In this document: positions 1-7,480 of the stretch, one piece after another
Numbering within the stretch: position 1 is the first letter of the stretch
Layout of the letters: every line of letters begins with the position of its first letter
Assembly (NCBI RefSeq): GCF_006345805.1
Contig: NW_021828350.1
Coordinates: 1-8,484, forward strand
DNA from: Octopus sinensis
Taxonomy: Eukaryota
DNA length: 8,484 nt
Reading direction: 5' to 3'
Notes under the pieces: model-generated
Told to the model about the DNA's origin: nothing
Database searches by the model: none
The model's input: only the letters and a program-made list of their open reading frames with translations
Made by a program: the position numbers and the translations under genes

Positions 1-479
1 TCGTTAAGCTGATAGCAAATCTCAAATGTAGACGCGAGAGAAAGAAGTCCTTCGAATATCTCTCTCTAAGAGAAATCAGTTTCATCTTTTTTTGTTTTAA
101 ATTAATTCATCTATTTGGAACTGAACGATCGTCATTCAAAATGACATTAAATCGCGGTGTAACCGAACTAAAAGACCATTCCATAAATATCACCTCGCAA
201 AACGCGTCAGTTGACGTTCTCTGCAACGACCATGTTCATCTTAATATAGTGGCCCTTTTTTTCTTTTTTTTGGCCTTTATCTCTTGTTTACTGCTTGGAC
301 TAGCCATGCTGGAGAACCGCCTTGAAGAATTTTAAACCAACGAATCACTCTCGTGCGTATTCGCTTAAAGCCCTGATACTTATTCTAACGGATATTTTTG
401 CCGAACCGCAAAGTTACGGGGACATAAACACACCAGCATCGTTTGTCAGGCCATCGTGGGGGAAACACACGCGCTCACG

Positions 480-535
480 TATATATACTTATATATATAT
501 ATATATTTGTATATAATATATCTATATATATTCTC

Positions 536-608
<73 letters not shown>
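480..608. repeat. (TA)n followed by (GA)n microsatellite
   Basis: Directly visible; accounts for the YI/RE-repeat ORFs 446..667 and 456..650. Confidence 0.97.
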
Positions 609-609
<1 letters not shown>

Positions 610-786
610 AGAGAGGAGAGGGAGAGTTTACGGAAAAAAACAAAAGATGAATACGGGTAGTGTACAAAACAAACAGATGTATTAGTATAATGCTGAGGAA
701 TAGAAAAAGTCTTTTACGTTTCGAGCCTACGCTCTTCTACAGAAAGTGACACAGAAAACAAGGAGAGAAAAAAAGGCGAGAAAAAA
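609..786 (-). mobile_element. Penelope-like element terminal (pLTR-type) fragment 1
   Basis: Purine-rich island between microsatellites containing a minimal hammerhead motif. Shares the GTATTA...GCT(C/G)AGGAA...ACGTTTCGAGC...GCTCTTC...GAAA layout with 6412-6616 and 7261-7480. PLE assignment is inferred from the known association of such hammerheads with PLE termini; no RT or GIY-YIG coding sequence is in view. Confidence 0.7.
711..746 (-). ncRNA. Minimal type I hammerhead ribozyme motif, variant core CUGUAGA
   Basis: Minus strand: CUUU-CUGUAGA-A-GAGC-GUAG-GCUC-GAAA-CGUA-AAAG. Stem I CUUU/AAAG, stem II GAGC/GCUC, palindromic ACGU in place of stem III, predicted cleavage after GUA (715). Confidence 0.75.
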
Positions 787-1719
787 TATATATATATATA
801 TACACACGATGGGCTTCTTTCAGTTTCCATCTATCAATCCACTTACAATCTTTAGTGAGCCCGAGGCCGTATTAGAAGACATTTGCCCCAGATGTTACGC
901 AGTGAGCCTGAACCCGGAACCATGTGGTTGAGAAGCAAATTTTTTACCACACAGCTACACCTGCGCCTCTATAATGTGTTTGTAACACAAGTCCATTGAC
1001 AGATTTTTATGTCAGGCATTTCACATCTAAACATGTATACACGAATAGTACAGTACGTAGAAAGCGATTTTAATTTAATCTTGTTTTATTTTATACATTG
1101 AATTTTTCTGCAGTATGGCAAGTTTCCACAATACCATTGAATGCTTCATTTCTATGAACAAATATAAAGGAATGTTTCTGATGTATCGTGACACGAATTT
1201 CGTTTAACCAGGCAGCAGAGAAATTGTGAAATGCTTCAGTCGTTCTCTTGAGTCTTGTCAACGACGAAGATCCACTCGTTCCGGGAGAGATTTTATCTTT
1301 GACAATTTCAGAACATCATGCCTTCTTACGGTGTATTTACCTTTAACATAATTCAGAGATGGCGAACTGCCTTTCATTAATTACTCTATACATGTTATTG
1401 GTTAATTCCGTCTTACTGAGTGCTAGAATCCACGAATAGAAAACACACTGAATATATTTGGCAATCAACCGATGATTAGCTAATATAAAATCAGTAATCG
1501 ATTCACTTTGAGATTTGCTGATCAGCAGCAGAATTTTACATTCATAATTTCTTTTGCAGCAGTATCTCTTATCATTTAGAGGTTTTCTTTTATCTTTTTC
1601 AAGCGTTACTTCAGCTCCAAGTATATTTTTCGGAAAGGCGTTTATCTGGATGATTCTTTAACACATCGGACCAAATACTTAGTGGCATTTACTTCGGCTC
1701 TTATTTTTATTTTTTTTTA

Positions 1720-1890
1720 CTTCAAATCTCGGAGAAGTCAACTCTGTTTTTCATCCTTCCTGTGTCGCTAAAATATAGTACCAGTCATGCACTGGGATCG
1801 ATATACTCGTCATCTCCCCGCCAGCAAAAAGAAATTAAAAGTTTATAAATTTGCCGACTTTGAGCGTAACTTTGAAAAACTTATTATTAT
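1720..1890 (+). mobile_element. Degenerate SINE (family B), copy 1
   Basis: TTCAAATC (B-box remnant) ... TTTCATCCTTCCTGTGTCGCTAAAATATAGTACCAGTCATGCACTGGGATCGAT, homologous to 3945-4030; ends in TTATTATTAT. The central block resembles the conserved Deu/Nin-type SINE domain from memory, unverified. Confidence 0.65.
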
Positions 1891-1892
1891 GA

Positions 1893-2040
1893 AGAGTTCA
1901 AATCACGCCAATGTTAACTGCCTCTGCCTTTCATCCATTTGGGATGAGTTTGGGGAGCGATGAACTAAGTCACCTACTGGTATCGATGAAGATCTGCTAA
2001 CAGCGTTTCACAAACTTCAAACCTTGTGCTTATGCGAATA
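1893..2040 (+). mobile_element. Degenerate SINE (family B), copy 2, directly after copy 1
   Basis: GAGTTCAAATCACGCC ... TGCCTTTCATCCATTTGGG ... TACTGGTATCGATG ... CCTTGTGCTTA, followed by an (AAT/AAC)n tail. Confidence 0.6.
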
Positions 2041-2089
2041 ATAACAACAACAACAACAACAACAATAATAGTAATTATAATAATAATAA
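2037..2089. repeat. (AAT)/(AAC)n trinucleotide microsatellite
   Basis: Directly visible. Confidence 0.95.
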
Positions 2090-2224
2090 CACCATGTCGT
2101 GCACATATGGTTGTGCTGCATGTGTCTGGTGTACCCTTATCAGACAGGTAGTCATGATGGGTATACTGGGCTTCGTATATTTTACTCCAGTGTCACTTTG
2201 ATGGCATGCACTGCTCGCTCACTC
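2090..2224 (+). mobile_element. Short (AAT)n-flanked insertion, probably the 3' end of a 5'-truncated non-LTR retroelement
   Basis: 135 bp of higher-GC sequence sharply bounded by (AAT)n on both sides, with extensive G.U-containing pairing potential on the + strand. Family identity not established. Confidence 0.55.

Positions 2225-2275
<51 letters not shown>
2225..2275. repeat. Perfect (AAT)17
   Basis: Directly visible; gives the poly-Asn in ORF 2099..2353 and abuts the LINE fragment. Confidence 0.98.
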
Positions 2276-2276
<1 letters not shown>

Positions 2277-3462
2277 TCAGAATGGAATTCGGACTGAAAA
2301 AGTGTGATGTGTTAGTCTTGAAGAAAGGCAAATCAAATGTATGGACGGGCTAGTGACACCGTTAGGGGAGGTTATGAAGCAGATAGAAGAGACGGGTTAT
2401 AAGTACATGGGGATACTGGAAATGGATAAATTGATAGAGAAATAAATGACTGAAAAAGTTTAAGGTGGAGTACTTGCACAGACTGAGACTGATCCTTAAG
2501 TCGAAATCAAACGGATGGAATAAGTTGGAAGCTATCAGCACCTCGGCAGTTTCATTCCTTAGATATGGAGCAGGAGCAAACTATAGGCATTAGACGAACT
2601 AAACAGCTTAGACAGAAAGACGAGAAAGTTGCTGACTAGATATGGGATACTCCACCCAAGAAGTGACAAAGACTGACTGCATGTACCAAGAAAAAGAGGG
2701 TGAAGAGGACTGATTAGATGGATGCAAACACAGCATTAACGCAGAAGAAAACAAGGAATGCATGAACAGTTTCATAGGGATACTGAAGATAAGACAGACG
2801 TAGAAAAAAGATGGTTATGGAAACTAAAAGTGATTTAAAACCGAAAATGGAGACTCTAATCTGTGCTGCTCAAGAGCAAGCATTAAGAACGAATTGCAAC
2901 AAATTCAGAATAGACAACACATCAGAAAGAATTTATGGAAAAAATGGTGAAAACGTATGGCATATTACCAGTCAATGTACGCCACTCGCTCAGAAAGAAT
3001 ATAAGAAACGTCGTGACAACACAGTAAGGATTGTCCAATGATAAGCCAAAGATCCTATGGGATTTTGTGATTCAGCTCAACCATGCGATAGACAATAAGA
3101 AACCAGGCATAGTGTTAATTGTGAAAGAAAGCAAACGATGTGGGATTATAGATATAACATGCCCAGCTGACAACATCGTAGGCGATAAGGGAGAAAGAAA
3201 AGTCGATAGATATAACAGGTTAGCTTGGGAGGTTAAGCAGTTGTGGTCGCAGTTGTGGGGAGATGAAACAGTTGTGGTAGTACCAATAATTGTCGGAGCC
3301 CTAGTTACAGTGAGTAAAATTCTTGAGAAGTACATGGAACAAATAAGGGCTGCGATAACGATGGAGAACTTGCAGAAAACAGCACTGCTTGGAACCACTC
3401 GAACCCTCCGGATGGTGCTCGAAAAATAAGGAGTGTTACTTTAGTTCACTGGTAGTGAACAG
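2276..3462 (+). mobile_element. Decayed 5'-truncated R4/Dong-type non-LTR retrotransposon: RT C-terminus, thumb, CCHC knuckle remnant, restriction-like endonuclease, start of 3' UTR
   Basis: Translation across frameshifts: IRMEFGLKKC; GYKYMGILE; EYLHRLRLILKSKSNGWNKLEAISTSAVSFLRYGAG; LDRKTRKLL..HPRSDKD*LHVPRKRG*RGL; ETLICAAQEQALRT; ENVWHITSQCTPLAQKEYKKRRD; ILWDFVIQ..KKPGIV..IIDITCP..KVDRY..VVPIIVGAL..LQKTALLGT; stop TAA at 3427-3429. Contains stops, frameshifts and internal deletions; the catalytic PD motif reads PG. Confidence 0.92.
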
Positions 3463-3814
3463 CTGCACTTACACTTGCAATCCTTCTGCTCATGTGATAG
3501 GAATCCATGTTTTTCTTGATGTTCATACAGCCTATAATTTCCACATAAGTGGCAATCAGGATATCGGCCTGTACTTGTTTACCATATTGCCTTTTCCGAT
3601 GTTTTTCAAGCACAGCTCTGTCCTACTCTGGTGTTACTTGGTCGGCATTTAACAAGGTGTTGATTTCTGCAGCACTTCGTGCATTACATTCATCACATCT
3701 TTTGATCCAGTAGCCTTGAACTTCATCTGGTCCCGGGGTCTTCCAGTCTCCCATTTTTTTTTTTTGCTGATTTCTCCACCTCCACTTCACTAACTGAAAT
3801 GACTAATTCTGCCA
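3463..3814 (-). mobile_element. Decayed R4/Dong-type RT N-terminal fragment in inverted orientation (not in ORF track)
   Basis: Minus strand translation: KMGDWKTPGPDEVQGYWIK (about 3700-3760), KGNMVNKYRPIS*LPLMWKL (YRPIS at 3559-3573), HEQKDCKCKC (about 3465-3494). These match the WKAPGPD, NYRPISCL and EQKG motifs of non-LTR RTs. Confidence 0.88.
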
Positions 3815-3833
3815 ATCATCATTATTATTATTA

Positions 3834-3890
<57 letters not shown>

Positions 3891-3915
3891 TATTATTATT
3901 ATTATTATCATTATT
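3815..3915. repeat. (ATT)n microsatellite, i.e. (AAT)n on the minus strand
   Basis: Directly visible; abuts the 5' end of the minus-strand RT fragment. Confidence 0.97.
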
Positions 3916-3917
3916 TT

Positions 3918-4041
3918 AAGACAGTGAACTGCGAAATCTGAGTTCAAATTCTACTAAGGTCGACAATGCCTTTCATTCTTTCGGGGTTGATAAATTAAAT
4001 ACCAGTCGAGTACTGAGGTTGATGTAATCGACTGCTTCCCT
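3918..4041 (+). mobile_element. Degenerate SINE (family B), copy 3
   Basis: GAGTTCAAATTC (B-box) ... GGTCGACAATGCCTTTCATTCTTTCGGGGTTGATAAATTAAATACCAGTCGAGTACTGAGGTTGATGTAATCGACT; homologous to 1720-1810 and 1893-1990. Confidence 0.75.
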
Positions 4042-4131
4042 CTAGGGGAGGGGAGGGGGAGCAGGAGGAAGAGGAGGAGAGTTTTGATTAGTAACTCTTG
4101 AAATAAATGTAGTTCAGTGCTGGTGTAGGCG

Positions 4132-4212
4132 TTTGTGTACGTGTTTATGTCTGTGTACATGTGCGTGTAAGTATGTGTGTGTGTGTATGCGCACGCATAG
4201 ATGTATCTGTGT

Positions 4213-4249
<37 letters not shown>
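4132..4249. repeat. (GT)n microsatellite, degenerate then pure
   Basis: Directly visible. Confidence 0.93.
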
Positions 4250-4251
<2 letters not shown>

Positions 4252-4509
4252 CAGAAGAACTTCACCAGAATCTGTGACGTTATACAGAATGCACCAATTC
4301 AACAGGTGACCGCATAAATAACAGCATTAACTACGATAACCAGGTTTGCCGATTTCCTCTGGATAGCCCTCCGCCCTCCCCCCTCCCCTCACACACACTC
4401 CACCGCTCCATCCCGCCACTCCTACGTCATGCCTGCTAATTCTTTAGATGTGCTAAGATAAATTCTGGCTCGTTATGGTTGAAATGTACCAGCCACTTGC
4501 ATACGTTCA

Positions 4510-5002
<493 letters not shown>

Positions 5003-5004
<2 letters not shown>

Positions 5005-5420
5005 TAGCCGTATGGTAAGTAGCTTGCTTCCCAACCACATGTTCCCGGGTTCAGTCCCACTGTGTGGCTCCTTGGGCAAGTGTCTTCTACTATAGACTCG
5101 GGCCGACCAAAACCTTGCGAGTGTGTTTGGTAAACCCATCATATGTGTGTGTGTGTGTTGTATGTGTGTGTGTGTGTGTGTGAGTGTGTGTGTGTGTATG
5201 TGTGTGTATATGTATGTGTGTGTGTTGGTCCCCACCGTCGCTTGACAACCGATGCCCGTGTGTTTACGACCCCGTAACTTAGCAGTTCGGCAAAAGAGAC
5301 AGATAGAATAAGTGCTAGGCTTACAAGCAATAAGTCCTGGGATCGATTTGTTCGACTAAAGGCAGTGTTCCAGCATGGCCGCAGTCAAATAATTCAAGCA
5401 AGTAAAATAATAAAAGAATA
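5003..5420 (+). mobile_element. tRNA-derived SINE (family A), near full-length, central (TG)n
   Basis: TAGCCGTATGG (A-box-like), GGTTCAGTCCC (B-box-like), CCTTGGGCAAGTG (resembles the start of a CORE domain), (TG)n at about 5143-5225, 3' body CGCTTGACAACCGATG...CCAGCATGGCCGCAGTC, A-rich tail. Homologous to 276-968 and 6656-7215. Confidence 0.9.
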
Positions 5421-5478
5421 TGTATCTATGTATCTATGTATCTATGTATATATGTATGTATGTATGATTGTATGTATA
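5419..5478. repeat. (TATG)/(TATC)n tetranucleotide repeat
   Basis: Directly visible. Confidence 0.9.
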
Positions 5479-6174
5479 CAGATAGGGAGCGGGAGGGGAA
5501 TAGGGCTAAGGAAACGAGCCGAACACTTTGTAAGCACTCTATGGATATAAAACCGGCTAACTAAATTGTCCAGAGAATGCCACATTAATTAATATAGGCT
5601 GTATCTTCGCTTTCTGCCACCAGACCAATTTGTAAGTCCAAATTGCAAACAAGGAATGAATTCAGTTGATATTCAATGTACAGTTGAAAGTATGATAGAA
5701 AAAAAAACACAAAAGAATGAATTGTATCAAACGTTACTTAAATTTAAATTGAAACATAACATCGTTTTCATCTCGGTTAAATAGAGACTGATAGGAAGCG
5801 ATTGTTCTAAAATTACTTATCCTCTAAAACGTACCAACCAGCGACGAGTGTTTTAATGATATTATCTGTGTTTATTTCGTTTGCGAAAGATTAATAAAAT
5901 AATTTGCTTTCCTTTACATTCCGTAACGCAGATATTAAAAAGTGTAGGCTTACAGCAGAAAAGGTATCTCAAATGTTCGATCGTACACGATAGTTTTGCA
6001 TACGTATTATATAAATTGTTGTGACGAAAGATTTCCGGACAATGGACATGAATTAAAATAATAAAATAACAGTAATAAATGGGTGAAGACCAAACATACA
6101 GTGCGTGTGTTTATTTGACAAACAAACGACAATGTCTGTTTCAACACACGATTTCAAATCAGGAATCTTGCAAC

Positions 6175-6206
6175 ATATATTTATAACGTATGTATATATA
6201 TTATTA

Positions 6207-6262
<56 letters not shown>

Positions 6263-6298
6263 CATATACATTCATACATACATATATTATATACATAC

Positions 6299-6353
<55 letters not shown>

Positions 6354-6375
6354 ATATATATATATATATATATGT

Positions 6376-6411
<36 letters not shown>
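6175..6411. repeat. Long imperfect (TA)n microsatellite
   Basis: Directly visible; source of the YI-repeat ORFs. Confidence 0.97.
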
Positions 6412-6416
<5 letters not shown>

Positions 6417-6615
6417 TAATCCAAACAAGGAAGCACAAAAAAACACAACAACGCGAGGACGTGGAGCAAATATAGTATTATTGGACGCTCAGGAAAGAAG
6501 GAAAGAAGGAGGGTTTAACGTTTCGAGCGGAGCTCTTCGTCGGAAATAGGAGAAGGAAAGATCCAGAGAAGGGAAGACAGAGGAAAAAAAAATCGCCAAC
6601 GGTACACATGAGGTC

Positions 6616-6616
<1 letters not shown>
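6412..6616 (-). mobile_element. Penelope-like element terminal fragment 2, flanked by (TA)n on both sides
   Basis: Starts AAAGTTAATCCAAACA right after (TA)n, contains the hammerhead at 6514-6546, and aligns with 7261-7480. Confidence 0.75.
6514..6546 (-). ncRNA. Minimal type I hammerhead ribozyme motif, variant core CCGACGA
   Basis: Minus strand: UUU-CCGACGA-A-GAGC-UCC-GCUC-GAAA-CGUU-AAA; predicted cleavage after GUU (6517). Confidence 0.78.
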
Positions 6617-6655
<39 letters not shown>

Positions 6656-6658
<3 letters not shown>

Positions 6659-6915
6659 TCTTTTACTCTTTACACTTTAATCTTTTACTTGTTTCGATAA
6701 TTTGACTGTAGCCATACTGGAGCACCGCCTTTAGTCGAACAAATCGACCCCATGACCCATGACTTATTCTTTGTAAGTCTAGTACTTATTCTATCGTCGC
6801 TTTTGCCGGACTGCTAACTTACAGGGAAGTTAACACACCAGCATCGGTTGTCTAGCGATGTTGTGGGGGGGTGCACAAACACAGACACCCAAACATAATA
6901 CACACACATTCATAG
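6656..6915 (-). mobile_element. SINE family A 3' half, tandem unit 1
   Basis: Reverse complement homolog of 5225-5420; no tRNA head adjacent. Confidence 0.88.
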
Positions 6916-6947
<32 letters not shown>

Positions 6948-6957
6948 TATATATATA

Positions 6958-7214
6958 CACTCTTTTACTCTTTACACTTTAATCTTTTACTTGTTTCGAT
7001 AATTTGACTGTAGCCATACTGGAGCACCGCCTTTAGTCGAACAAATCGACCCCATGACCCATGACTTATTCTTTGTAAGTCTAGTACTTATTCTATCGGT
7101 CGCTTTTGCCGGACTGCTAACTTACAGGGAAGTTAACACACCAGCATCGGTTGTCTAGCGATGTTGTGGGGGGGTGCACACACAGACCACAAACATATAC
7201 ACACACATTCATAG

Positions 7215-7215
<1 letters not shown>
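6958..7215 (-). mobile_element. SINE family A 3' half, tandem unit 2
   Basis: Near-identical to 6656-6915 at an offset of 302 bp. Confidence 0.88.
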
Positions 7216-7260
<45 letters not shown>

Positions 7261-7264
<4 letters not shown>

Positions 7265-7480
7265 TTTAATCCAAACGGGAAAACAAAAAAACAACACAAA
7301 ATGGAACAATTACAGTATTATTATTAATAGGAGCGCTCAGGAAATGGAAGCAGGAGGGTATGACGTTTCGAGCGGAGCTCTTCGTCGGAAACATAAAGAA
7401 GGAAGAGAGAGGAAAGAAAGATCCAAAGCGGGCAACAGGGATAGAGAAAAAAAACGACTGGTGTTTACGAGTTACACATG
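7261..7480 (-). mobile_element. Penelope-like element terminal fragment 3 (may extend further right)
   Basis: Starts AAATTTTAATCCAAACG right after (TA)n, the same terminus as 6412. Shares an identical ACGTTTCGAGCGGAGCTCTTCGTCGGAAA block and GAAAGATCCA with fragment 2. Confidence 0.75.
7358..7392 (-). ncRNA. Minimal type I hammerhead ribozyme motif, variant core CCGACGA, GUC site
   Basis: Minus strand: GUUU-CCGACGA-A-GAGC-UCC-GCUC-GAAA-CGUC-AUAC; stem I has one U.U mismatch; predicted cleavage after GUC (7362). Confidence 0.78.

Larger units (their letters stand above)
276..968 (-). mobile_element. tRNA-derived SINE (family A), full-length, central (TA)n interrupted by a PLE-type fragment
   Basis: Minus strand from 968 reads AGGCGCAGGTGTAGCTGTGTGG (A-box-like) ... 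GGTTCAGGCTC (B-box-like) ... GGGCAAATGTCTTCTA. 803-968 aligns by eye with 5003-5140, and 276-470 is the reverse complement homolog of 5225-5410. Ends are approximate. Confidence 0.85.

Noticed and set aside
446-667. YI-repeat ORFs (also 6053-6549 and 7117-7299)
   Set aside because: Stop-free translation of (TA)n; no protein signal.
970-1700. Possible host exon in unique AT-rich sequence (also 1-255 and 5480-6170)
   Set aside because: No sustained ORF or recognisable peptide; small exons or UTR cannot be excluded without RNA data.
2130-2180. Hammerhead on the minus strand (GAAG ... CUGAUAA)
   Set aside because: Core mismatches and no consistent stems could be built.
2099-2353. 84-aa poly-Asn ORF
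   Set aside because: Chance chimera of the 135-bp element, (AAT)17 and the LINE RT fragment.
3031-3429. 132-aa ORF as a functional stand-alone nuclease gene
   Set aside because: C-terminal remnant of the decayed LINE; catalytic PD is PG, the start is non-ATG, and the upstream sequence is frameshifted and deleted.
3556-3558. In-frame TGA at the Cys position of YRPIS(C)LP as possible selenocysteine
   Set aside because: The fragment has other stops and frameshifts, and the SECIS-like fold is on the opposite strand; a point mutation is the simpler explanation.
4044-4080. G-quadruplex
   Set aside because: Only three runs of three or more G; ordinary purine-rich low complexity.
5003-5065. tRNA gene (also 895-968)
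   Set aside because: A/B-box-like motifs but no convincing cloverleaf, and the sequence continues into a SINE body.
6656-7260. CRISPR-like array
   Set aside because: Two long identical units without spacers, eukaryotic context, no cas genes.
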